A stretch of 64,000 nucleotides of DNA from an uncultured Mycoplasma sp. (GTDB lineage: Bacteria; Bacillota_I; Bacilli_A; RF39; UBA660): the NCBI GenBank assembly GCA_947642635.1, contig CANRTI010000003.1, positions 7,759-71,758 of the forward strand, read 5' to 3'. A program made the translations under genes and the position numbers. The stretch's first letter is position 1; each line of letters begins with the position of its first letter. A model generated the notes under the pieces. That model saw only the letters and a program-made list of their open reading frames with translations, did not search any database and was not told the DNA's origin. Below, in pieces: positions 10,975 to 21,219 of the stretch.

Positions 10975-11003
10975 TAGGTAGTCTTGATAAAGAACAGTCG
11001 CGT
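10975..11003 (+). repeat. 29-bp direct repeat, copy 2
   Basis: Identical to 9954-9982. Confidence 0.95.
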
Positions 11004-11252
11004 TACGGTAATTCGGGTGGTTACAATGCGTGGAATGTGAATTCGAACGGCAATGTCAACAATAACAATTTGCATAATACGAATTCGGTTCGCCCAGCCC
11101 ACTATAACTTGAAAGATAATATGGCTAAGGTTATATTTTTGGGAAGATAGAGGACAAAGATTATCTAAGATGAAATGATTTAATATTTTGTCTAAATTAA
11201 AAACAGAGATGATTAAGTTATACGTAACTTATCTATTACTCTGTTATTTTTA
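10975..11252 (+). ncRNA. Putative diversity-generating retroelement template RNA (leader, TR about 10998-11099, structured 3' spacer)
   Basis: TR frame reads SRYGNSGGYNAWNVNSNGNVNNNNLHNTNSVRPA with 12 AAY codons and no A at any third position over 32 codons; about 45% GC in an AT-rich window; three downstream hairpins, one with a UACG loop. Confidence 0.8.
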
Positions 11253-11254
11253 TT

Positions 11255-14188
11255 TTATAAATCGGCTAACTCTACTCCAACTACTTTACTAATACCAGCA
11301 TTTTGCATAGTAACACCATATAATACATCAGCATATTCCATCATTCTTTTTTTATGAGTAATTAAAATATATTGACTACTCATTTTTTTACGATTTAAAT
11401 ATTCGCCAAATAAATCCACATTAACTTCATCTAATGCTGCTTCAACTTCATCTAAAATAATAAATGGGACAGGAGAAACATTTAAAATAGCAAATAGTAG
11501 ACAAATAGCTGTTAAAGATTTTTCGCCTCCAGAAAGACTTTGAGTATTATGTAGTTTTTTACCTGGTGGAATAACTATCATATCAATTCCTGTATGTAAA
11601 TAATCTTTTGGATCAGTTAATTCTAACTTTCCAATACCGCCTTGAAACATAATTTTAAATACTTTACTAAATTCGGCACTTACACTTTCAAATGTAGTTT
11701 TGAATTTATCAGTCATAATATTATCCATATCATTAATAACTTCTAAGAGATTATTCATTGATATTTCTAAATCGTTTTTTTGATTTAATAAGAATTCATA
11801 GCGAGTATTAATTCGTTCATACTCAGCAATACTTCCAGTATTTACTTCTCCTAAAGCTTTAATATCATTTTTCAATTTACTTACTTTACTTCTGGCAATA
11901 TCTACTTCAACTTCTAATTCATAGTTAGCAGCAGCATATTCATAAGTCATACTATAATCTTCATTAAGAGTTAAAAGCAGATTATCTAGTTTAATATTGA
12001 TTTTACCAATGTTAAGACTAATTTTATTAATCTCTGCTAGTGTGGCTTTATATTCAGAATTAACTAAACTATTGGCATCTTCTAAAGATTTTAAATTATT
12101 ATTTAATTCTTCTTTTTTATTTTTTAACTCTAAAATATTTTGATCAATTTTTTCTTTTTCAATATTTAAAACATTTAATCTAGCCATAAGATTATCTAAT
12201 TCTGTATCAATTAAATTATCTTTTAAATTGTTCATTCCTGTGATATCATTTTTAACTATTTTTAGTTTTTCTTCAAAATTGTGTAAATCATTTAATTTAT
12301 TATCTTTAATATTATTTAAATTAATTAATTCTTTATCATTATTTAATATATTATCACTAATAATTTCATATTCACTATTTAAATCTTTTAAAGAATTATT
12401 TAAAATTTCTATTTTATCAATAATATTATCTAACTTTGTTTTGTGATTAGACAATTCATTTTTTAAGGAAACACCATTATTTTTAATAGCTCCGCCACCA
12501 CTTATAGAACCACCAGCATAAATAATACTACCATCAAGGGAAATAACACGATATTTGTAGTCTAAAATTTTAGCCACTAAATTCATAGCATCAATATTTT
12601 CAACAACAATAATATTTCCCAATTGATTTTCAATAATATTTTGATATAAGGAATTATATTGGATTAATTCCGATAAAATACCAACATAACCATTTACTTG
12701 AACAAGACGAGATTTAACTTCTGCATTAATTAACCGAGATTTAATAATGTTAAGCGGTAAAAAAGTTGCACGACCAATTTTCTTCTCTTTTAAATAGTTA
12801 ATTGCCTCTTTAGCAACATTTTCATTATCAACAACTAAAAAATTACTAGATGCTCCTAGAGCAACTTCTGTAGCGGTAATAAATTCATCAGGAATAGTAA
12901 TTAAATTACTTATAGTATTGTGAATACCAGATAATCTTGGATTATTTAATAAATTTTTAACACTTAATGGTAAATGTTCATTGTTTAAAAGATTATTTTC
13001 AATTATATCAATGCGATTTTCTAAATTAAACTTCTCTTTTAATAAATCATTTAAGTCTTGATTATAAATATTTTTCTTAGACACAATATTTTTATAATCA
13101 ATAGTTTTTTCTTGATTAATTTTAGTCTTTTCATTAATATTATTTTTTAATATATCTATTTCATTATTAAGTAATTCAATTTCTTTAATTAATTTTAATT
13201 CTTCTTCTTTTAAATTAAGTAAATTATTTTGAACTTTATCTTCACTGTATTCGTATTTGATACGTTCTAAATTTATTCTTTTTTCACTATCTAATAAAGA
13301 TATTTCTTCTGTTAAATTAAGTAATTTTTTATTAGCAGCATTCAAATCATCATCTATTTTATAAATATCTAACTTTACTTTTTCTATTTCATTAGCATTA
13401 ATTGAATGTTCCATACTCTCTAACTTTTTATTTAAAGTATCTTCTTTATTCTTTAGTTCTTTATATTCCTTATTAATATTTGTAATATCACTACTAATTA
13501 AAGCAATTTCCATATTTTTTAATTCATTTTTTAAATCTAAATAAATCTTGGCTACTTCAGCTTGTTTTTTTAAAGGCAAAACAGATTGTTCTAGTTCATT
13601 AATAACTAATTTAACACTCTCTAAATTATCTTTTGTTTTATCTAATTTTTTTAAACTCTCTTCTTTACGTTTTTTATATTTTAAAACCCCAGCTGCACTT
13701 TCAAATATAACCCGTCTTTCTAAGGGCTTAGAATTAACAATATCAGTAACTGTTCCTTGAGAAATAATATTAAATGCTTCGCCAGAAGCTCCCGAGTCAA
13801 TAAATAATTCTAAAATGTCTTTTAAACGAACTCGGGTATTATTTAAATAATATTCACTTTCACCACTCTTATAAACAGTTCTTTTAACAGCAATTTCCGT
13901 AAATTCACTATTTAAATATTTATCACTATTATCAAAAGTCAAAATAACTGATGCTTTATTTAAAGCGTCTTTATATTCGGAACCACTAAAAATGACATCA
14001 CTCATGCTTGAAGCACCACGCAAAGATTTTACTGATTGCTCTCCTAAAACCCATCTAACAGCATCAACTATATTACTTTTACCACTACCATTAGGACCAA
14101 CAACAGCAGTTATACCTTTATTAAGTTCAAAAGTCGTTTTCTCGGCAAACGACTTAAATCCTTCTAATTTAATACTTTTTAAATACAT
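11255..14188 (-). CDS. smc: Chromosome segregation protein SMC (short coiled-coil form, 977 aa)
   Basis: GFKSF, GPNGSGKSN, hinge GRATFLPL, LSGGEK and LDEVEAALD motifs. Confidence 0.95.
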   Translation of the reverse strand: MYLKSIKLEGFKSFAEKTTFELNKGITAVVGPNGSGKSNIVDAVRWVLGEQSVKSLRGASSMSDVIFSGSEYKDALNKASVILTFDNSDKYLNSEFTEIAVKRTVYKSGESEYYLNNTRVRLKDILELFIDSGASGEAFNIISQGTVTDIVNSKPLERRVIFESAAGVLKYKKRKEESLKKLDKTKDNLESVKLVINELEQSVLPLKKQAEVAKIYLDLKNELKNMEIALISSDITNINKEYKELKNKEDTLNKKLESMEHSINANEIEKVKLDIYKIDDDLNAANKKLLNLTEEISLLDSEKRINLERIKYEYSEDKVQNNLLNLKEEELKLIKEIELLNNEIDILKNNINEKTKINQEKTIDYKNIVSKKNIYNQDLNDLLKEKFNLENRIDIIENNLLNNEHLPLSVKNLLNNPRLSGIHNTISNLITIPDEFITATEVALGASSNFLVVDNENVAKEAINYLKEKKIGRATFLPLNIIKSRLINAEVKSRLVQVNGYVGILSELIQYNSLYQNIIENQLGNIIVVENIDAMNLVAKILDYKYRVISLDGSIIYAGGSISGGGAIKNNGVSLKNELSNHKTKLDNIIDKIEILNNSLKDLNSEYEIISDNILNNDKELINLNNIKDNKLNDLHNFEEKLKIVKNDITGMNNLKDNLIDTELDNLMARLNVLNIEKEKIDQNILELKNKKEELNNNLKSLEDANSLVNSEYKATLAEINKISLNIGKINIKLDNLLLTLNEDYSMTYEYAAANYELEVEVDIARSKVSKLKNDIKALGEVNTGSIAEYERINTRYEFLLNQKNDLEISMNNLLEVINDMDNIMTDKFKTTFESVSAEFSKVFKIMFQGGIGKLELTDPKDYLHTGIDMIVIPPGKKLHNTQSLSGGEKSLTAICLLFAILNVSPVPFIILDEVEAALDEVNVDLFGEYLNRKKMSSQYILITHKKRMMEYADVLYGVTMQNAGISKVVGVELADL

Positions 14189-14203
14189 AATTCACCACCA
14201 TAA

Positions 14204-14866
14204 TTATTTTGCTGACTTTTTGTAAGCATCAAAAGCCGCTTTTTGTTCTGCTTCTTTTTTAGTTTTTCCAACCCCGCGACCATAAATTATATTATCTATT
14301 TTAACCTCAATTTCAAAAGTCTTATTGTGAGCTTCTCCATATTCTTTAACTAAAACATATTCTAAAGATTTCTTATCCGTTTGAACATATTCTTGTAACA
14401 TTGTTTTGTAATCATCAAAAAATTCATAACCTTTTTCAATGTATGGTATTACAACTTGATAAATATATTTTTGAGCAACAGAAAAACCATTTGTTAAATA
14501 AATAGCTCCTAGTAAGCTTTCAAAAATATCGGCAATAATTGTATCGTTAATATTATTAACTTGCCCATGGCCAACACGGATATATTTGATATAACCAATA
14601 TCCTTCGCATAATGTGCAAGTGCTTGTTCACAAACAAAACTAGCACGTTTTTTAGTCATAATTCCTTCTTTATAGGAAGTGTTTTGATAAAAGTATTCAC
14701 TTGTAATTAATTCTAAAACAGCATCACCTAAAAATTCTAAACGTTCATAATTAGGACATTCTTTATGTTCATTCGAGTAACTACTATGAGTTAGAGCTTC
14801 TATAAATAATGGATTATCAGTATTTTGAATATTATATTTTTTTAAGAACTCCATTTTAATCACCAT
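14204..14866 (-). CDS. rnc: Ribonuclease III
   Basis: NYERLEFLGDAVL signature and dsRBD (KKEAEQKAA); rnc-smc synteny. Confidence 0.97.
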   Translation of the reverse strand: MVIKMEFLKKYNIQNTDNPLFIEALTHSSYSNEHKECPNYERLEFLGDAVLELITSEYFYQNTSYKEGIMTKKRASFVCEQALAHYAKDIGYIKYIRVGHGQVNNINDTIIADIFESLLGAIYLTNGFSVAQKYIYQVVIPYIEKGYEFFDDYKTMLQEYVQTDKKSLEYVLVKEYGEAHNKTFEIEVKIDNIIYGRGVGKTKKEAEQKAAFDAYKKSAK

Positions 14867-14946
14867 ATTAAAATTATATCATAAATTTTATTTTTTGCCA
14901 TTATTTAAAAATAAAAAAGCAATTTCTTGCTTTTCTGTTTTCATGT

Positions 14947-15201
14947 TTATATTTCTAAAATGTTACAAAATTTCAATTTTTTTTCTAAGATTATTTCATT
15001 ACCTTCTAAAATATCATCTATTTTAATATCAAAAATTGTACTTAAGCATTTTAAAGAATCAATATCAGGAAATCCCAAATTCCTTTCCCATTTTGAAATG
15101 CATTGTCTGGTAACATGCATTTCATCTGCTAATTGCTGCTGTGTCCAATTTCTGTTTTCTCTTAATTTCTTGATGTAATTTCCTATTTTATCTTGTTTCA
15201 T
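14947..15201 (-). CDS. XRE-family HTH transcriptional regulator (possibly truncated)
   Basis: IGNYIKKLRE..WTQQQLADEMHVTRQCISKWERNLGFPDI. Confidence 0.85.
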   Translation of the reverse strand: MKQDKIGNYIKKLRENRNWTQQQLADEMHVTRQCISKWERNLGFPDIDSLKCLSTIFDIKIDDILEGNEIILEKKLKFCNILEI

Positions 15202-15279
15202 TTTTACCTCTTTATTCTCTAGTTATATCAAAAAGCAAATTAAATTTAATTATTTGATTTGCCCTTTGTAAATTATTCA

Positions 15280-16197
15280 TTAAAATGTTGTTTTTACTCC
15301 ACCCATACCATCATAATATCCACGAATTGTCGCATTACTGTAATATAATACGCCACCTAAACCGTTAGCTGAGAAACTATATGATTTAGATTGAGCTAAT
15401 GTTACATTTTTAGTTGCATGTTGGTATGTGGCAGCAACTTCCATATTACCCCATAATTCTCCTGTAATATCTAGTTCATTATTAAGTTCATATGTTACAT
15501 TGTCAAAAATATTCATCGAAATTCCGATTCCATTACTTGATTTTATCATATTATTACCACCATCTTGATATCGTTGTTCTAACAAACGATCATTACCAGT
15601 TTGAACTCCTGTAGAATATAAAGGTGTAAAAGAAGCTCCAGGATAAACATCCCATCTAGCTGCAATAACATCATAAGATTTAGTTTTAGGAACGCCGTCC
15701 CAAGAAACTTTTACGTTAATTCTTGCCCTAGGTATATTATAAATATATGTTGCTAATGTTATACCTTTTGTAGTTGTGTTATATGATACAGTATTATCTA
15801 ATTGCATGGGTATATTTGGTTTATTTATCTTATAATTTAAATATTCTTCTTTACTTATCTCTTTAGATAATGTTCCTATTGTTTCTCCTAAAATATTATA
15901 AGTTGTTGTTTCTAAAAAATATTTTGTTTCCTCAGTCTTTGAAATAACTTCATGGTTTATTTCGAATTCAAATTGTTCATTAGACATATTCCTAATTAAA
16001 GCTTCGCTAAAATTCTTAGCAATTTTATCATATTGTTCTTTCGTCATTTCGACACCATTGTTATTAATGTAATATGGTTTTTCTAGTGCTTGTACACTAT
16101 TTGATGTTATAAAAAATACTATTGTTAAAAATAATGGTAAAATTATTTTTTTAAATTTCATAAATTTTTTTCCTTTCATTTTAAATAATATGGCCAA
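15280..16197 (-). CDS. Secreted hypothetical protein
   Basis: Signal peptide (KKIILPLFLTIVFFITSNSVQA); beta-rich C-terminal part. Confidence 0.7.
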   Translation of the reverse strand: MAILFKMKGKKFMKFKKIILPLFLTIVFFITSNSVQALEKPYYINNNGVEMTKEQYDKIAKNFSEALIRNMSNEQFEFEINHEVISKTEETKYFLETTTYNILGETIGTLSKEISKEEYLNYKINKPNIPMQLDNTVSYNTTTKGITLATYIYNIPRARINVKVSWDGVPKTKSYDVIAARWDVYPGASFTPLYSTGVQTGNDRLLEQRYQDGGNNMIKSSNGIGISMNIFDNVTYELNNELDITGELWGNMEVAATYQHATKNVTLAQSKSYSFSANGLGGVLYYSNATIRGYYDGMGGVKTTF

Positions 16198-16297
16198 TTA
16201 TTTTAGTAGTTTCTATATTAAACTACACTTTAAATTTAATATATTAATTTAATAAAGTAAAGCAACTTTCCGTTTCTATTTCGGCATTGATAACTAT

Positions 16298-17089
16298 TTA
16301 ATATTTCAAATTTTCTAATATATCAATTAACTCTGTTTTTGTAATATTAAGGCCTTCTATATTATAAATAACATTGTTGTAAATAAAGAAACAAAATGTA
16401 TTTGGCCAGCCAGTTTCTTCAGAAAGCCAAATTACAATATTTGCTTTAATATTCAAATTTTCAATATAATATTCTTCTGTTATATCTTCTAATCCTTTTT
16501 TTGGCCCTTTTAACATTAAATATTCTTTAAAATATTCTTCATCTATATTATCAGCATAATTGGTCATAAATTCTATTTTTAAATTTAAATATTTCTTATT
16601 TCGATCTACTTTTTGCTCTTTAGCAAAATCAACATGAAAATTATCATCATTCTCAATGGCTACTCTTTTGATATTACCTTTTTTATCTTTTTTTATAATA
16701 CATTTATCAAATGTATCTTTATTATAAAAATTAGTTTTTAACAATTTTATTTTTAAACCTTCTTCAACATTTTGAATAGTTAAATCCTTATTACATATTA
16801 AATTATTATCTTTTGCAACTAAAACTTTACCTTCCATATCAATACTAACTGATGCTCCACCACTACCATCGTCTACCCAGTTAATAATAAATTCTTTTAT
16901 ATAGTCTTTGGCTACAACTCCTATTGTAGTAAAAGAAGCAAAAACAATAAAAATAATTGCATATTTAAGTATTAATTTTTTATTATTAAATTTTTCTTTA
17001 TAAATAGTTTCATTTAAAATTTTATTATCTAATTCTTCACTAACTAAGATGTTGTTATAAATACTTTTGATTTTATCTCTATTTTTCAT
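16298..17089 (-). CDS. Putative anti-sigma factor (single TM)
   Basis: Overlaps the ECF sigma stop; short cytoplasmic N-terminus, TM helix, extracellular domain. Confidence 0.65.
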   Translation of the reverse strand: MKNRDKIKSIYNNILVSEELDNKILNETIYKEKFNNKKLILKYAIIFIVFASFTTIGVVAKDYIKEFIINWVDDGSGGASVSIDMEGKVLVAKDNNLICNKDLTIQNVEEGLKIKLLKTNFYNKDTFDKCIIKKDKKGNIKRVAIENDDNFHVDFAKEQKVDRNKKYLNLKIEFMTNYADNIDEEYFKEYLMLKGPKKGLEDITEEYYIENLNIKANIVIWLSEETGWPNTFCFFIYNNVIYNIEGLNITKTELIDILENLKY

Positions 17090-17564
17090 CTTCCCACTCT
17101 CCTTTCAAAATATCTTTTAATTTTTTACGAGCTCGATTTAGTTTTGTTTGAACACTATGTGAATTCATTTTTAAAATAGTAGCAATTTCCTTTACTTTAT
17201 ATCCTTCATAATAATAAAAATAAATGATTATTCGTTCTTTCGTTGGTAAATTAAATAAAGCTTCTTGTAAATTATTATCAGAATTATTAATAGTGAAATT
17301 GCTATGTACAAAATGATCCTCTAAAGGCAAAATTTTTCGATACCAATAGCTTAAAAAATAATTCTTGCATTCATTAGCAGTAACAGTCATTAACCATTTT
17401 TTTAAATGATTGTCGTCACGAAAATTATTAATATTTTTATATAGTTTAATAAAAACATTTTGAGTTATGTCTTCGGCATCACTTAATTTTCTAGTATAAC
17501 TATAGGCTAGTCTTAACACTGCATCTTTGTTAATATTATAGACACGTTGAAATTCTTCTTTCAT
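17079..17564 (-). CDS. ECF RNA polymerase sigma factor
   Basis: DAEDITQNVFIKL, WLMTVTANECKN, YYEGYKVKEIA.IL.....VQTKLNRAR. Confidence 0.92.
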   Translation of the reverse strand: MKEEFQRVYNINKDAVLRLAYSYTRKLSDAEDITQNVFIKLYKNINNFRDDNHLKKWLMTVTANECKNYFLSYWYRKILPLEDHFVHSNFTINNSDNNLQEALFNLPTKERIIIYFYYYEGYKVKEIATILKMNSHSVQTKLNRARKKLKDILKGEWEDEK

Positions 17565-17726
17565 ATTTCACCTCCATGTTGAAAGTACTTTCATATATAT
17601 AACAATTCAGAATTGAAAAATAATTCATTTTTTTACATTTTTTACAAATAATTGCGATTTCTCTTTAAAATATAATACTTCATTAAAAAAAACGCAACTA
17701 ATAGAAGCGTTTTAAGGAAACAATTA

Positions 17727-18779
17727 TTATTTTAATAAGTGACTATTATTGATACTAAGAGTGCTATACATAAATAAAATGTCTTGATTATTAAATTCAA
17801 TATGTTTTAAAACATTATCCATATTTATATATCGTAAATCAATTAAAGTTATTTTTTGATAATAGGAAATTAATAAAGGTGCTAAACTACTACCAAAAGA
17901 ATCTCTAAAAATAACTAATTCTCGATTATTATTTTGAGCATTATTTTGAATAGTTATGAAACTACTTGGACCATTTAAAAAAACATTATAAGCATCTATA
18001 CTTTGTAATTCACTTTCATTATAAACTAAAGTTGTAGGATATTCTAAATGATAAGTTAGCGCATTATTTAAAATATCATTAGTGTAATAATTTAAACTTT
18101 CGGGTTTTTGAAATGGGACTTTAGAATATGATGACCCTTTAAAATTCGAAAATGTATTTTTTTGATAAGTTATATTTTGGAAATCAAAATTGTAGTAACT
18201 TGCTAATTTTGGTAAAACTTTAAAATAAGCTTCTTGTTTCAAATGGATATCTGTTTTATAAAAATCTGTTAATTTAAATAAATTAGTAACATCGACATTA
18301 GTAAAATTAATCTTTTCTTGAAGGGGCTCAAACATTTTAGAATAATCAATTTTTAGGGAGTGTTTTTCTTTAACATAATAATTTTTATCAGGAATTACTA
18401 TAAGTGCTTTTTTGTTATTTATTAAATATTTTTCAGATATATTATTGATTTTATTAATAAAGTTATCAAGACTTTTCGTATCAAGAGGATATAATTCTTC
18501 AATTAAATAATCACTTTCTAATAATACTTGATTATGACTACGATCACCCAAAACAAAACGTTTTAAGCTATTATTAATATTTAAGAAAAAATTTCGTAAA
18601 GGCATTTGATCACTTAGATAATCATCCATTTTAGCTAAGAAATCCTCTTTTAAATTAGTAGTAGTTGTAAGTTTTCTTCTTTCACTAAAAGAAATTTTAT
18701 TATCAGGTAGACAAATACTTAGAACTGCAATACCAAATATGATTGTAATAAAACAAATTGTTAATATTCTCTCTTTCAT
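17727..18779 (-). CDS. DHHW/AlgJ-like O-acetyltransferase partner
   Basis: SERRKL, DQMPLR, FYKTDIH, IFRDSFG and IDLRY motifs; follows an MBOAT gene. Confidence 0.8.
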   Translation of the reverse strand: MKERILTICFITIIFGIAVLSICLPDNKISFSERRKLTTTTNLKEDFLAKMDDYLSDQMPLRNFFLNINNSLKRFVLGDRSHNQVLLESDYLIEELYPLDTKSLDNFINKINNISEKYLINNKKALIVIPDKNYYVKEKHSLKIDYSKMFEPLQEKINFTNVDVTNLFKLTDFYKTDIHLKQEAYFKVLPKLASYYNFDFQNITYQKNTFSNFKGSSYSKVPFQKPESLNYYTNDILNNALTYHLEYPTTLVYNESELQSIDAYNVFLNGPSSFITIQNNAQNNNRELVIFRDSFGSSLAPLLISYYQKITLIDLRYINMDNVLKHIEFNNQDILFMYSTLSINNSHLLK

Positions 18780-18781
18780 TA

Positions 18782-20158
18782 TTAAAACCTAAAATATATA
18801 AATGGTTGAAATGTTGAAGAAATTGTACTGGCAATTACTAGTAAAAACAATAAAATTAACCAAAGGCATTCTCCAATAGCAAATAATTTATACATTTTTC
18901 CTTTCTCAAGTATTTTTATTTTATTTTTTAAAAATGGACTAATTCCTAAAAAGGCAATTATTAATATAATATAATTATTTTTTAAATAATGTAAACATTC
19001 AAAATTAGTAAATAAATAGCCAATACCTAGAAGACCTTTAAAGAAAGTAATTAATTCCTCTATATTATTTGTATTAAATATTATAAAACTAATAATTACA
19101 ATACTTAAAGTATAAATGTGGGCCAAAAACTTATTAGTTAAGCGGTTTTTTAAAATAAATTTTTCAAAAATAAGAAAGATAAAGTAATATATACCCCATA
19201 TTATAAAATTCCAACTGGCACCATGCCATAAACCAGTTAAAAACCACACAATTAAAAGGTTACGGATATGTTTTAAAAAACTACAACGATTACCTCCTAA
19301 GGGAATATATACATAATCTTTAAAGAAACTAGATAAAGAAATATGCCACCGTCGCCAAAAATCAGTTATTGAAATGGCCCATAATGGATAATTAAAATTC
19401 TCTGAAAAATTAAAACCAAACATTTTACCAAGACCAATTGCCATATCAGAATATCCTGAAAAATCATAATAAATTTGTAATGTATAAGAAATAGCCACGA
19501 TTATATAAGTCAAACTAGACATTTGGGAATTAAGAAGATTATTAGCTAAAAAATAAAGAGAATCAGCAATCAATATTTTCTTAGCTAAACCAATAATAAA
19601 TCTCTCTACTCCCTTTCCAAATAAAGTTATACTTTCTTCGCGATTTTCTATTTCCTGAGCAACATTTTGATAGCGAATAATTGGTCCCGCGATTAATTGA
19701 GGAAATAAAGTTATATATAAAGTGTATTTGAAAATATTTGTAGCAGGCATGACATCCTTACGGTATACATCAATTAAATAACTCAGATTTTGAAAAGTAA
19801 AAAAACTAATTCCTAAAGGTAAAATTATTTGGAATATTGGAAAATCAATCGGAAACACAATTGAAAAAGTATTTAAGAAAAAATTAGTATACTTAAAATA
19901 AATTAAAAGCGCTAGATTAATAACTAAACCAATAATTAAATAAATTTTAGAATGTTTTTTATTAATTAATAAACCCAAAAAATAATTTATCACACATGTT
20001 GCTAATAGTAAAAAGACATACCATTTTTCACCCCAAAAATAGAAAAAAATATTAAAAATTAGTAAAACATAATTCCGCCACTTTTTGGGAGTAAGATAAT
20101 AACAAAGTAAAAGTAATGGCAAAAAAAAGAAGAGAAAACTTACACTTGAAAATACCAT
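18782..20158 (-). CDS. MBOAT family O-acyltransferase (AlgI/PatA-like)
   Basis: LPLGISFFTFQ, FPQLIAGPI, DFSGYSDMAIG, FWRRWHISL, GLWHGA, FIYFRF. Confidence 0.93.
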   Translation of the reverse strand: MVFSSVSFLFFFLPLLLLCYYLTPKKWRNYVLLIFNIFFYFWGEKWYVFLLLATCVINYFLGLLINKKHSKIYLIIGLVINLALLIYFKYTNFFLNTFSIVFPIDFPIFQIILPLGISFFTFQNLSYLIDVYRKDVMPATNIFKYTLYITLFPQLIAGPIIRYQNVAQEIENREESITLFGKGVERFIIGLAKKILIADSLYFLANNLLNSQMSSLTYIIVAISYTLQIYYDFSGYSDMAIGLGKMFGFNFSENFNYPLWAISITDFWRRWHISLSSFFKDYVYIPLGGNRCSFLKHIRNLLIVWFLTGLWHGASWNFIIWGIYYFIFLIFEKFILKNRLTNKFLAHIYTLSIVIISFIIFNTNNIEELITFFKGLLGIGYLFTNFECLHYLKNNYIILIIAFLGISPFLKNKIKILEKGKMYKLFAIGECLWLILLFLLVIASTISSTFQPFIYFRF

Positions 20159-20175
20159 AAATTTTCTCCTTCCTC

Positions 20176-20637
20176 TTATTTTAAATTTTCAAAATTAGCT
20201 TTGATTTTAGGGGCTAATTCATTTGACATTATTAGAACTACTAAATCTCCTTTACTTAGTACTTCTACATTTTCTGCTTCAACACAAATCCATTTTCTTG
20301 GATCAGCTTTTTCTTTAATTTCTTTAACTGCTGCTTCTGCATCTTTAGCATCTTTTAATCTAATTAATACTACAGAATGTGGTGTTGAACCAGTCATTGA
20401 TTCACTAGCGATTGCGTCTTGATATTTAATATCAGCAAAGGCAAAATTTTGGAAATTTTCTTCTGTTAAAGGAATGTTTTCAGTCATCATTGGTAATTCA
20501 TCTTCTTTAATTCCTGAATATAATTTCTCCATGATATCTGGTAATTCACCAGCGATATTTTTATTACCACATCCTACTAGAAAAAGACTAAAGCTAAATA
20601 TTGCTAGCATACAAAATATTTTTTTCATTTTATCCAC
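20176..20637 (-). CDS. Lipoprotein (DUF4358-like) of the acetylation operon
   Basis: Lipobox LVGC; DPRKWICVEAE; first gene of the MBOAT/DHHW operon. Confidence 0.7.
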   Translation of the reverse strand: MDKMKKIFCMLAIFSFSLFLVGCGNKNIAGELPDIMEKLYSGIKEDELPMMTENIPLTEENFQNFAFADIKYQDAIASESMTGSTPHSVVLIRLKDAKDAEAAVKEIKEKADPRKWICVEAENVEVLSKGDLVVLIMSNELAPKIKANFENLK

Positions 20638-20670
20638 TCTTCTTTCTATTTAAGAATATCATATTTTTAA

Positions 20671-20713
20671 AAATAAGAAAAGAGGATATTAAAAATATTT
20701 AGTCATTTTCTAA
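20671..20713. repeat. 43-bp direct repeat, left copy
   Basis: AAATAAGAAAAGAGGATATTAAAAATATTTAGTCATTTTCTAA, 41/43 identical to 24194-24236. Confidence 0.85.
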
Positions 20714-21219
20714 CCTCTTCTTTTTATTCTGTAAAATAAGTAAATTATCCCAACTATAATTGTAAGTAGTAAATAAATAATAATATTTAAGAAAAAAGTT
20801 TCAAAATGAAATTTTATGTATGGAAAGCAAAAATTTATAATTACAAATAATATAATTCTTATGATTATAATAAAAAATGTTAAAATAATAAATTTATTTA
20901 TCATAATTTTTGTTTTTTTCTCTCTTAATCTAATAAATTCAGGCGAATTATCTAAATCATAGGAATAAACTTTATAAGAAATAAAAATAGTTACAAATAA
21001 TTGAAAGCCAATCCAAATATATTCTAAAAATCCACAATATTTATTAAATATTCCTAATGTATATTGGAATTGAAATATACTAATGAGATTTTCATCAATA
21101 TAATAAGGTGTTATTTTTGCAATATAAATCATACTAATAAAAAAAATTAACATAATCAATAATAATTTATAGAAATTTCTTTTTAATAAATTTTTTAAGA
21201 TTAATACCTGATATTTCAT
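20710..21219 (-). CDS. Membrane protein (ABC permease-like)
   Basis: Multi-TM; last gene of the ABC operon. Confidence 0.65.
   Translation of the reverse strand: MKYQVLILKNLLKRNFYKLLLIMLIFFISMIYIAKITPYYIDENLISIFQFQYTLGIFNKYCGFLEYIWIGFQLFVTIFISYKVYSYDLDNSPEFIRLREKKTKIMINKFIILTFFIIIIRIILFVIINFCFPYIKFHFETFFLNIIIYLLLTIIVGIIYLFYRIKRRG

Noticed and set aside
9954-11003. 29-bp repeat pair as a CRISPR array
   Set aside because: Only two copies about 1 kb apart, no spacer periodicity and no cas genes
10941-11150. 69-aa Asn-rich ORF as a protein-coding gene
   Set aside because: Its TTG start is the -35 box, upstream of the predicted transcription start, and it has no RBS; the open frame is explained by TR codon structure
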